From Chlorobiota bacterium (lineage in GTDB: Bacteria > Bacteroidota > Ignavibacteria > Kapaibacteriales > UBA2268), in assembly GCA_041596515.1 (NCBI GenBank), contig JBFHIJ010000005.1:64330-128329 (forward strand): DNA of 64,000 nt, read 5' to 3'. A program made the translations under genes and the position numbers. Shown in pieces: positions 21,709 through 31,386 of this stretch. Positions within the stretch are counted from its first letter, which is position 1. Every line of letters begins with the position of its first letter. The notes below the pieces were generated by a model. It was not told where the DNA came from. It ran no database searches and worked only from the letters and a program-made list of their open reading frames with translations.

Positions 21709-22602
21709 TTATTTAACTAAACCTGCTTCCTGCAAAGCTTTTGCAAGTAGCTCTTTGTTTTGCGGTAAAATAGGCAATAAAGGCTGGCGGAAGTTTTCTT
21801 CGCAGTAGCCCAGCATAGCCATTATAGTTTTTACCGGAACGGGATTAGTCTCTACGAAATCAAGTGCCATTAGGTCTAAGAGTTCGTATTGAGTTTTAAC
21901 AGCTTTTTTGAAATTACCGTTTAGAGCAGCTCTTATTGCATCTCCATATTTTCTTGGAGCATAATTAGCTATCACAGAGATAATCCCGGCAGCACCCATC
22001 ATAATTGCCGGCAAAGCTAAAGAGTCATCGCCACAATAAAGGAGGAAATCTTTCGGAGCATATTTTATAATTTGCATCATCTGTTCCAAATCACCTGAAG
22101 CTTCTTTGGTCGCATATACATTTGGAACTTCTTCTGCAATTTTGATTTGAGTTTCAGCTTCTATATTGATACCACTACGAGAAGGAACATTATAAATAAT
22201 CAAAGGTAAGTCAACAGTTTCGGAAACAGCAAGGAAATGGTGAAAGAGCCCCTCTTGCGAAGGTTTGTTATAATAAGGAGCAACAAGTAACGCACCAGCT
22301 GCACCATGCTCTTTAGCAATAAGAGTCATATCGATAGTTTGCTGAGTGTTATTTGATCCCGTACCTGCTATTATCGGCACTCTTCCTGCTGAATATTCTA
22401 CAGCTTGGATAATAAGAGACATTTTCTCTTTAGCTGTCAAAGTAGCACTTTCACCTGTAGAGCCACCGACTAAAATCGCTTCTACACCACTTTCGATTTG
22501 GAAATCAATAATTCTTTTAAGAGCATCGAAGTCAATCGTTAAATCTTTTTTAAAAGGTGTAATTAAAGCAGGTATAGTCCCTTTCAGTTGCTTTATATCC
22601 AT
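21709..22602 (-). CDS. dapA: 4-hydroxy-tetrahydrodipicolinate synthase
   Basis: 297 aa. ALITPF..VGGSTGESATLT, YNVPSRSG and the Schiff-base Lys context ATKEASGD. Confidence 0.95.
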   Translation of the reverse strand: MDIKQLKGTIPALITPFKKDLTIDFDALKRIIDFQIESGVEAILVGGSTGESATLTAKEKMSLIIQAVEYSAGRVPIIAGTGSNNTQQTIDMTLIAKEHGAAGALLVAPYYNKPSQEGLFHHFLAVSETVDLPLIIYNVPSRSGINIEAETQIKIAEEVPNVYATKEASGDLEQMMQIIKYAPKDFLLYCGDDSLALPAIMMGAAGIISVIANYAPRKYGDAIRAALNGNFKKAVKTQYELLDLMALDFVETNPVPVKTIMAMLGYCEENFRQPLLPILPQNKELLAKALQEAGLVK

Positions 22603-23013
22603 GCTTTTCCCCTGTTATATTTATTTATTTCAATTTGTGTTCAAATATTTTTGGCTAAAAAACTAGTCTAAAGGTATATATATGTCCTTAAAGTACAATT
22701 TAATCAATCATTTGGTAAATAAAAACACATTTTTAAAATATATTAACGGATGTATGGAATTTCTGACTAAATATAGACATCACGCGTCTGTTAGTATGAA
22801 GAGATGAACTGAATTTCAAATAGTCTATCTTGTTGATAATAAAAGAAATAGAGATGTTTTGTAATTCTTATGTATCTATTATGGCACGATAATTGGACAT
22901 TGGCAAAAAAAACTATTTAAGAAAATATTTTTTTTACCGATGATTGAATTAGCTAGCTCTTTTTAAAATAAAGCAATTAAGTACTTAAAATAATAAATAC
23001 CTCGGAGGTATCG

Positions 23014-26000
23014 ATGAGTTATTCTTCTACCAAACAAGTAGGCAGATTTTTTCTCGCCTCTTTGTTCCTGCTATTGTTCGCCGGCTTAGAGCTAAGCGCA
23101 CAATATTACGAATTTTCTTTACTCCAAAGGAGAAGATTTGATCAGATCGATGTTGAAGTATGGGCAAAAGCACAGCAAACCGGAGCTCCTGAAGTGGGTA
23201 ACTCCTCGCTCGTATTGAAATATAATACTGCTTTTTTGACTCCTGCCGCTACTCAAGACTTGAACGTAACGGACAGCATTGCGTTCAATATTAACCAAAC
23301 CAATCCGATTGTAACTCTGAACTCCGGTTTTAGCCAATCAGTAAATGGCTACAATCCACTTAGCTCTAGATCCTACGGTATGGGGTATTATGCTTTAGAG
23401 GTAAACCTTGCTAGTCTTGGCCAAGGGGGCATGTCTCCTTCAGAAGCCGGAAAAGGTAGTTTCTTAGGGAAACTGACTTTTGATATTACAGGTAGCCCAG
23501 ATCAAAACTCCTTAACAAATATAGCTTGGAGTGATAATACGCTTCCGGGTGAAATTCAAGTGTTTGATAAAGACTCCAATAGTATTAAATCGAATATTAC
23601 TTTTACTGATCCTGGCTCTTACAATGTGCTGGGTGTTACTATGTTATCTCCGAATAAATATGGTCAGGTAGTAGACAGAGACGCAGATTATGATGCTCTT
23701 GCCGGAGATTACGCTAGTGGAGGTTATCCTATATATTTTGAACGTAGCGTAAACCCAACTATATATACTGCTCCCGTTGATGAAGATTTGGCGTATATGT
23801 TCCAATACTCACTCAATAACGGCGGCACATGGACTGAGATAGGTCGTGTAGCAGAAACTGATCAGCCATCTACAACAGTAGGTAACGATGACTCTTATAC
23901 TTCAGGTGAAATTTTCAATCCTAATGTAGGTACATCTTACACTATTACTACACAAAATGGCGAACAAATAGATAATGCAAATTATAGAGATCCTCTTAGA
24001 GTCGTCTGGGCAAAAAATCCTTTCTTTGTAGAAAGATCTGAGCAGGCAAGACTCAAAATTATTAAGCTTTCCGGCTCTAACTCAGCAGTTATAACTAACA
24101 GAAATCAAGATGTTTATAATGATATAAATGATGATAAATATGTACTTGGTCGTTTGTTCTTTTTGCAGTTAGACGGTAAGTCAGAATATTTAGTAACTAA
24201 TGATGACTTTAGCAACTCTACTCAGCTGACTGTAGAAACGTGGGTTAATCTAAATGAATATCAGACGGATGGTTCGGAACCGGGCATAGTAGTGTCAAGT
24301 GGTGGCGTAAATGCTGCTCCTATTCATGGCTCTAACGAAGGAGCCTGGATGCTTTACCTAAAAGATGGTAAAATCCCGGCTTTCCGTGCAAGAGAAATAG
24401 AAGGCAGAGGGGATAATGGCTATATCGGAACTGTGCAAGCATATTACTTAGATACATTAACAGCGGCTTCGGACATTGAGCCATTAAATAACTCTCATGC
24501 CAGCAACTGGGTTCATCTTGCTGCCACAGTGAATAATAATACTATTAGGTTATATGTCAATGGCGAATTGGCCGATGAGGTAGTCAATAATAATGCGACT
24601 AACATCAGAATGCTTACTACAAGCCACCCTGTATGGGTTGGTGTAAATCCTAACGGTGGCATAGAAACAAATGATTATCTTCATGCCGGAATCAAAAGTG
24701 TAAGAGTTTGGAGAATTGCTCTAACTCAAGAAGAATTAAGAGCCAGAGTAAGTGGTGTACTTAATCCGACTGATGTAAGCACTTATGGTGATGTAAGAAG
24801 GGGGCTTCAGATGTACTTTACGTTTGAAGGTGAGCATGCCGATCAGGCAACTGACGTAACATATCAGGGCAGTAACGAAGATCCTGACTTCTATACAGAA
24901 GGTACAGTTGACAACTTTGGTATGACGTACAGACCTGACCAACCACACATTAGACTTACAAGTCCGGTAGCAGGAGCAGGCGTTTCTAATAAGTTAGGTA
25001 AAAATTTTGAAATTCGTTGGGTAGCTTACGGTCTTGGTGATTTGACTGCCAGCGGAACAAATGATGTAGAAATAGAGTACTCACTTGACCAGTCTAACTG
25101 GTTCTACTCAGAGAATGCAGACGGTGTAGCGATTGGTGGTGCAGACGCCCCTGATGTTGAGCCGGGAAATGCTATATGGGAACCTTATGAAAACGAAAAT
25201 TCAAGTGCAAATTTACGCACGATAATCCCTTATACAAAAACAGTCTATCTAAGAGCCAGAGGAACAAAAGCTAATACGCAAGATAATCTAATGGATATGG
25301 TAGGCCCTTTTACTGTTGCTCCGTATTTCGCTATTAAAAAAGAAGAAGGTGCTATCCTTTTATTGGAAGACAATGCCGGCATGAATATCACAGGCGACAA
25401 AGTCTTCATTGAAGCGTGGATTAGACCTTATAGATTCCCTACTGTATCTGAAGAAATATTCCCAATTATTACTAAAGCTGACAGTACTGCTGATATGCTT
25501 CATTATAGCTTTGACTTGAGAAGTGACGGTAGATTGCAGCTTAAGCTCTCTACTGCAGACGGTGGAGTAAGAACTGCCATAAGTGATGCTTCCTATGCTT
25601 TAGAAAGACCTAATTCAGTATCTGCAGATTCTGTATGGACGCACGTAGCTGTTTTTGCAAATATGAATGGCGGAAGTGGACAATCAGAAGTAATATTCTA
25701 TGTAGACGGAATAGCCCAAAGAGCTGATTCAGTTACTACCCAGCTTGGTACTGATTTAAGTCTAAACAGCTTAAACTCATACCCTACATTTATAGGGTAC
25801 TCTCCTTATATGAATGTGACGTATGACAATCAACCTGTAATTGATGCAAAACAAACTGAAAATGTTGTGCTTACAGGAAATATCAATTCAGGTACGCCTG
25901 TTGCTACTGAAAGGAACTTTACCGGTACTATATATGATAAAGATTATAACACTCATACGTTTGATTTCAATCTATTGAAAACTGCAAATGCTCGTGAGTT

Positions 26001-29000
26001 TTCTATCGCAACATTGTTAGATGGTGCTCAAATTCCGAGAGCTACACAAAATGTTACTCTAAGTGGAAACATCAATAATGCACAAGCAGAAAATGATGCT
26101 TATGCAACTCAGCTGCTTATTTATGACGAATCTGACGCAGAGCTGACACTAAACTTCAACTTTACTAAAACAGCAAATGCAGATGAGTTTGATCTATCAA
26201 TAAATCTTGGCAATAACAATGTAAACTTGCAGCAACTATCTTTTGCAAGTGGCTCGGTAAGCCCTTCTTCTCTAACATTAAGTGCTGCGGACTTAAATAA
26301 CGCGGGCGGTAACTTTAACGTAACAGTTCCAAATGATGTTATAATTGATTTGACAGGTCTTACTTATTCAGTAAATGCCAATGATGCTGCAGCAAGTGCA
26401 GTTTCTTATAGAACTTTAACATTTAATACTGACGGTAGCGTTAATTCTCCAAAAACATTAACTTTTGCTTCTACTGACTTGAATACAGCAGTAGGTAGTG
26501 ATTTATTTTCTTCTGATGTAAGATTATGGATAGGACCTGCTTCTAGCCAAGCTACAGGTGTTACTTACCTGCCTACAGGTAATACATACTCCTTTGGCTC
26601 TCAGGATGGTGGCACAGGTCAGTCTATAGTAGTTAATGATACTTTAAATGCTGCTTACTTTATAGGTGAGTTGCGAGAATTGCGTATGTGGCAAGGCTCT
26701 CCGAATAATACTGATAATACAGGTAACGAGCCAACTCCTCAGAGTTTGTTTGTCCAGGGAGCACAAGCTGTAAGAGCCGGCAATCTTAATCCTTCGTATG
26801 TAAATAATTTGAATATGGCATTCTCTTTTAATGGTGGTTCGTTTATACAAAACGGATACAACAGGGCAATAGATGTGTCTACAACTGATTCGGAAATTCT
26901 AATCAGAAACTTTGGTCAGAAAGTAGAGTATGCAGCTACTGAGCCATATATAAAAGTAGTAGAACCTGCTTTTAATGACAGAGTTGCCAATACAAAAGAA
27001 GACGTAAGAGTTAGATGGGTTGGATTTGATTATATGCCTACTGGTTTCCCTACTGGTGATGCTGCCCCGACTAGCCCTGCTCTTGAGTTCTCTATTCGTG
27101 GTGGTGGTGGTAAACTAATCCAGCCATATCAATATGTAGGAAGTGATTATTTCTCGGGAAATACAACCGATGCAATGAGCTTCCCAAATACAGGTTCTTA
27201 TATCTTTGCGGGAACAGGCTCAAATATTTATTATGCAACTCAGCTAAATGCTGCTATCTCAGATCCTGATGAAGATAATAACGGTGTATTCTCTGATCAA
27301 GGACCACTTTCTGCATCTTTGACAAATGCCAGATTGAGACTTACAGGTAAATATACCATTAATAGTGAAACTGCTTATATAGATGATGAAGGTCCGTTAT
27401 TTACTATAACTCCTGCTTCTAACTTTACTATCAGAGTGCTATTAGAAGGCTATCACAATGGCTCAACTAGTGGCGATGACATTCGAGAGCTTGCTTCTTC
27501 TTACGAGCAAGGTGGCGTGATGATTAAGCTTTACTCTGATAACAGTGGTGCATTAGGTGAGTTAGTTGGTACTGCCGAATCATTAGAAGGATATGATGAT
27601 TTAGATCCTGCCAATAGAAATAACGGCAATAATAGATTTGCTAATGTAAACTTTGTCTTTACTGATTTGACTGATGGCAATTACTGGGTAGTTGTTTATC
27701 ACAAAAACCATATGCCTATTATGTCAAGATTCGCAGTACCTTTCCAGTATGAAGGTGACGACAGAACTACTTGGGATATTGAATCAGGTTGGGATTTCCA
27801 AACATGGAATGGCACTGATAATAATGCACTTGTAAATGCTTCCGGGGATTCTTGGACTTTAGGTGCATTCACTGCTTATGGTGATGTTATTTCTACTACA
27901 AGTAATCCACTGTTTACAACAACAGGCTTGATAAATAATAACGGTGTCGGTGGCGGAGCAAGTGATGCAATGCCTGCTATGGTTGCCGGCGACGTTGACC
28001 GTTCGGGGCAGATAGATGCGGCAGACAGGATTAGAGTGCGTTTGGATGAAGGTACTTCTATTGTTGGGTCTGACGTTACAGGTGATGGTTACGTAAATGC
28101 AGATGACAGAACTATAGTGGACAGAAATCACGGTCATATTGCTTCTATTTACGATGTAAACTTCCCTGACGGCGATTTCAAAGCACCAACTATCAGGAAG
28201 TCACCTCTTTCTGCTAAAGGTCCTTACGATGTAGAAGTGAAAGGATACGAAACTCTATCTAAGTTGTTCAATAAAACAGCTCAAACTTACAAAACAGTTG
28301 AAAAATATAACAAATCAAGAACAGATAAAATTCTTGCCGGTTTAAACTATAAAGTAATAGCTACTCCTGACATACATGATGGCGTAGTTGACTTGAATGT
28401 TTATATCCAAAATATTGGCGAAGATTTTGCATTAGCTAACTGTACGTTTGCTTTCAAATATAACGAATCAGATATGCAGTATTCTTCATTAGTCGGTACA
28501 GGAGACGTTATTTTTAACAATAATCCTTATATCGGTTATGTTGAGATGAGCAGTGCTCCTGATGAAAATGTAGAAAATCCTTTGGAAAGCGTCAGAACTA
28601 TTGAAGTTGATTATATCACTACTTCAGATTTACCGGGCGAAACTGTTCCAAATACTAAAACTTATTTAGGTACACTTCGTTTCAAACTTAAAAATCCGGT
28701 AGGTAGAGTAATCTTCAACTGGCACGAATCTACTGCTTTGCACTCAATCGAGGGCAAAATAGTAACTCCGTATGGTAAATTTGAAACTATTGATCCTATT
28801 ATTCTGTTTAATGCCTCTTTGACTGCACCAAATGGTGGCGAGCAACTTAGCCAGGATAGACCTTATGACATTACTTGGAGCTCAAATGGCACTTCAGGTA
28901 CTTTCCTTGAGTTCTCTTACGATGGTGGAGTTGAATGGGAAAGAATCAATAGCGAACCTATTATGCTTAGCGATAAATCATATACTTGGACTACTCCGGT

Positions 29001-29943
29001 TATCCACTCTCGCTACTGTTTAATCAAAATGCTTGATGCAGACACAGGCGAAGAGCTTGACAGAAGTGATGACTTATTCTCTATATTACCAAACCACGCT
29101 CAGCTTATCAAACCTGCATCAGGTGATCCTGTTTACACTGGTGGCTCCACAAGTCAGATTAAATGGGTGGCAAGAGGCTATAATAAATTGAGATTTGAGC
29201 TGACAACTGACGGAGAAAAGACTTGGACTGTTGTAAGTGACAATGTAAATGCTACTTTAGAAACTTCCTCTTGGAAACTTCCAAAAGTAACTACTAAGCT
29301 TGCTAAAATGAAAATGTACGATGCAGAAACTAACGAACTATTAGGCGAAAGTGGATTCTTTAAAATACTTGATGGTCAGCTATCTTTCTTGACTCCAAGA
29401 GCGAATGAAAGATTAAGAGTTGGTCTGATGACTCGTATCCGTTGGACTTCAGCTAACATTCAGGTATTCGACTTAGAGCTTAGTACAGATGGCGGTGCAA
29501 ACTGGCAAACATTAGTGCCTAACCAGAACGCAGTTCAATCTTACTTAAATTGGATTGTACCTGATTCGCCAACAGAAAATGCAATATTAAGAGCCATATA
29601 TCAGGGTGATCCTGAAATGGAATATAACAGAACTGACCAGTTTGCAATTCAACCTAAATCAGACGTAGTTGAGTTGCCGGTAGGCTCTTCTTTAAGTAAC
29701 GTATATCCAAACCCTGCAGCTGAAGATGTTACTATAGAGATTAATTTGAGCAATGCAATAAACTCAAACCTTAAAGTGATAGATATTAGTGGCAAAGAAG
29801 TGATAGACTTAGGAGTCAAATCTTTGCAAGCAGGTATAAACAATGTAAATATCTCTGTAAGCAGTCTTACTGCCGGCAGATATTTCTTAGAGTTTAACGG
29901 TGATGATTTCCACGTTGTAAAAGAGTTCAACGTTGTGAGATAA
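23014..29943 (+). CDS. Giant (2309 aa) secreted multidomain protein with LamG-like modules, dockerin-like Ca-binding repeats and a T9SS C-terminal sorting domain
   Basis: Signal peptide FFLASLFLLLFAGLELSA. LamG-type signatures (LTVETWVNL..WVHLAATVNNNTIRLYVNGEL..VRVWRIAL; VFIEAWIRP..WTHVAVFAN..IFYVDGIAQ; YFIGELRELRMWQG). GDVDRSGQIDAADRIRV / DVTGDGYVNADDRTIV pair. C-terminal VYPNPAAEDVTIEINL...GRYFLEFNG (Por_Secre_tail-like). Confidence 0.85.
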   Translation: MSYSSTKQVGRFFLASLFLLLFAGLELSAQYYEFSLLQRRRFDQIDVEVWAKAQQTGAPEVGNSSLVLKYNTAFLTPAATQDLNVTDSIAFNINQTNPIVTLNSGFSQSVNGYNPLSSRSYGMGYYALEVNLASLGQGGMSPSEAGKGSFLGKLTFDITGSPDQNSLTNIAWSDNTLPGEIQVFDKDSNSIKSNITFTDPGSYNVLGVTMLSPNKYGQVVDRDADYDALAGDYASGGYPIYFERSVNPTIYTAPVDEDLAYMFQYSLNNGGTWTEIGRVAETDQPSTTVGNDDSYTSGEIFNPNVGTSYTITTQNGEQIDNANYRDPLRVVWAKNPFFVERSEQARLKIIKLSGSNSAVITNRNQDVYNDINDDKYVLGRLFFLQLDGKSEYLVTNDDFSNSTQLTVETWVNLNEYQTDGSEPGIVVSSGGVNAAPIHGSNEGAWMLYLKDGKIPAFRAREIEGRGDNGYIGTVQAYYLDTLTAASDIEPLNNSHASNWVHLAATVNNNTIRLYVNGELADEVVNNNATNIRMLTTSHPVWVGVNPNGGIETNDYLHAGIKSVRVWRIALTQEELRARVSGVLNPTDVSTYGDVRRGLQMYFTFEGEHADQATDVTYQGSNEDPDFYTEGTVDNFGMTYRPDQPHIRLTSPVAGAGVSNKLGKNFEIRWVAYGLGDLTASGTNDVEIEYSLDQSNWFYSENADGVAIGGADAPDVEPGNAIWEPYENENSSANLRTIIPYTKTVYLRARGTKANTQDNLMDMVGPFTVAPYFAIKKEEGAILLLEDNAGMNITGDKVFIEAWIRPYRFPTVSEEIFPIITKADSTADMLHYSFDLRSDGRLQLKLSTADGGVRTAISDASYALERPNSVSADSVWTHVAVFANMNGGSGQSEVIFYVDGIAQRADSVTTQLGTDLSLNSLNSYPTFIGYSPYMNVTYDNQPVIDAKQTENVVLTGNINSGTPVATERNFTGTIYDKDYNTHTFDFNLLKTANAREFSIATLLDGAQIPRATQNVTLSGNINNAQAENDAYATQLLIYDESDAELTLNFNFTKTANADEFDLSINLGNNNVNLQQLSFASGSVSPSSLTLSAADLNNAGGNFNVTVPNDVIIDLTGLTYSVNANDAAASAVSYRTLTFNTDGSVNSPKTLTFASTDLNTAVGSDLFSSDVRLWIGPASSQATGVTYLPTGNTYSFGSQDGGTGQSIVVNDTLNAAYFIGELRELRMWQGSPNNTDNTGNEPTPQSLFVQGAQAVRAGNLNPSYVNNLNMAFSFNGGSFIQNGYNRAIDVSTTDSEILIRNFGQKVEYAATEPYIKVVEPAFNDRVANTKEDVRVRWVGFDYMPTGFPTGDAAPTSPALEFSIRGGGGKLIQPYQYVGSDYFSGNTTDAMSFPNTGSYIFAGTGSNIYYATQLNAAISDPDEDNNGVFSDQGPLSASLTNARLRLTGKYTINSETAYIDDEGPLFTITPASNFTIRVLLEGYHNGSTSGDDIRELASSYEQGGVMIKLYSDNSGALGELVGTAESLEGYDDLDPANRNNGNNRFANVNFVFTDLTDGNYWVVVYHKNHMPIMSRFAVPFQYEGDDRTTWDIESGWDFQTWNGTDNNALVNASGDSWTLGAFTAYGDVISTTSNPLFTTTGLINNNGVGGGASDAMPAMVAGDVDRSGQIDAADRIRVRLDEGTSIVGSDVTGDGYVNADDRTIVDRNHGHIASIYDVNFPDGDFKAPTIRKSPLSAKGPYDVEVKGYETLSKLFNKTAQTYKTVEKYNKSRTDKILAGLNYKVIATPDIHDGVVDLNVYIQNIGEDFALANCTFAFKYNESDMQYSSLVGTGDVIFNNNPYIGYVEMSSAPDENVENPLESVRTIEVDYITTSDLPGETVPNTKTYLGTLRFKLKNPVGRVIFNWHESTALHSIEGKIVTPYGKFETIDPIILFNASLTAPNGGEQLSQDRPYDITWSSNGTSGTFLEFSYDGGVEWERINSEPIMLSDKSYTWTTPVIHSRYCLIKMLDADTGEELDRSDDLFSILPNHAQLIKPASGDPVYTGGSTSQIKWVARGYNKLRFELTTDGEKTWTVVSDNVNATLETSSWKLPKVTTKLAKMKMYDAETNELLGESGFFKILDGQLSFLTPRANERLRVGLMTRIRWTSANIQVFDLELSTDGGANWQTLVPNQNAVQSYLNWIVPDSPTENAILRAIYQGDPEMEYNRTDQFAIQPKSDVVELPVGSSLSNVYPNPAAEDVTIEINLSNAINSNLKVIDISGKEVIDLGVKSLQAGINNVNISVSSLTAGRYFLEFNGDDFHVVKEFNVVR

Positions 29944-29975
29944 TCCTGATATCACAATCAATATAGAAAATAAAC

Positions 29976-30010
29976 GCGGGCGGCTTAGAAATAGGTCGCC
30001 GGCTTTTTTT
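29976..30010 (+). terminator. Intrinsic terminator after the giant gene
   Basis: gcgggcggc / gtcgccggc GC-rich stem (one mismatch, one G-T pair) with a 10-nt loop, followed by T7. Confidence 0.65.
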
Positions 30011-30129
30011 TAGCTACTCCAAAAATAAGGCATAATTTTTTCTGTCTAAATATTAGGAGGCTTTTTGCTTCTGTCTAAGAAAAAATGATTATATTTTGGT
30101 ATTCGTAAATCATCGGGTAGGTCTTTATC

Positions 30130-31053
30130 ATGGAACAAATCCTTTCAGTGTATTTTAATATCGACAGAACATATTTTACTGTGTTAAAAAGCGATCCGAA
30201 AGGCTTGGAGTTAGTATATCTAAATTCTACTTCAGCCCCTGTAGACCTTGAAAATATGGAAGAAACCTCTACGGATGTATTTAACGAAATAGACTCCATG
30301 CTGTCTGAAATAGTAGGTGATATCGACCGTGTAACCGTTACTTTGCCTGCAGAAAGCGTTCTGGTTAGTCAGTTCCCGGGAGCAAGTGGCATGAGCGAAG
30401 AGGAGATGAAACAGCTTGTAAGCCTAGAAATCAAACAGTCATACCCTCAGTTTAACTTTAATGATTTCACAGTAAATATAATCCCTCTGGCAGAGCGAAA
30501 AGACAGTGCTGCGATGATGATGGGAGTTATTATGCCCAAAAGCTCCTATATGTCGTGCAAAAAAATATTACAGTCACTCAATCAGCCTCTGAGCAATATA
30601 GAAATTAGTCAACTTAGTGCTCACAATGCTTTCTTGTATAATTATCCTGAAAAACATGAAAGCACTGTGCTTCTAATGGGTTTGCAGGATCAGTTTATCG
30701 ATGTAAGCGTAATAAAAAACAAACAACCTATATATTATAATCTGGTATCTTTACCTGATAAAGATAAATTTGGTGAAATATTTGAAGCTGAGTTTAATAA
30801 AATTACAGAAGAAGTAGTAGAGGGTATTAGCTCTGCATATTTCTTCGGTGCCGGCCTTACTAAAGATTTACACATGATGGGCTGGGAAACTTCTATGCTT
30901 TTGGGTATAGAAGCCATGCGTCTAAACGCATTTCGCATGATGAAGACCAACCTAGAGCCAAGAGCAAAAGAGTACTGCCTGCGTACCTTGCATATTTACC
31001 CACCATGTATAGGTGGTGCAATGCCTGCTTACCATGAGAATATTAGATATTAG
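30130..31053 (+). CDS. Hypothetical protein, PilM/FtsA-like actin fold suspected
   Basis: 307 aa, no signal peptide. The overall pattern (VTVTLPAESVLVSQFP..EEMKQLVSLEIKQSYP..; ISQLSAHNAFLY; VLLMGLQDQFIDVSVI) resembles PilM-type proteins. This is from memory only. Confidence 0.45.
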   Translation: MEQILSVYFNIDRTYFTVLKSDPKGLELVYLNSTSAPVDLENMEETSTDVFNEIDSMLSEIVGDIDRVTVTLPAESVLVSQFPGASGMSEEEMKQLVSLEIKQSYPQFNFNDFTVNIIPLAERKDSAAMMMGVIMPKSSYMSCKKILQSLNQPLSNIEISQLSAHNAFLYNYPEKHESTVLLMGLQDQFIDVSVIKNKQPIYYNLVSLPDKDKFGEIFEAEFNKITEEVVEGISSAYFFGAGLTKDLHMMGWETSMLLGIEAMRLNAFRMMKTNLEPRAKEYCLRTLHIYPPCIGGAMPAYHENIRY

Positions 31054-31064
31054 TTAAATATACA

Positions 31065-31099
31065 ATGCTCCTAAAGATTTATTCCTAAGGAGCATTTTT
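31065..31099 (+). terminator. Probable terminator after the 307-aa gene
   Basis: atgctcct / aggagcat form an 8-bp stem with a 15-nt loop, followed by ttttt. Confidence 0.5.
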
Positions 31100-31386
31100 A
31101 CTTTGTCATATATACTATTTGTTTTGTAAAAGTCTACTATTAATTTGTATTGCTGGAATTCCCCGTTATAGTTTAGCTTTCCTGAATAGTCATATTCTAC
31201 AATGACATTGTCGATTCCTATATTTTCTGCTGAAGTTTCATAAAAGTAGGTGTTCAATAAATCGAATCGAATGCCAATCATTTTTGTATTGCATGATATT
31301 CATATTATCCTTATCAAATTTGCGAAATATACTCCCCCCTTTGAAATCCTAATTATTTGTGCTATATTGTTCTCTTTTTTCGACAG

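Noticed and set aside
31054-31281. 75-aa minus-strand ORF abutting the stop of the 307-aa gene
   Set aside because: There is no RBS. Its last ~15 codons are occupied by the convergent gene's terminator hairpin (31065-31099), and I recognise no family. It could be real, but I cannot support it.
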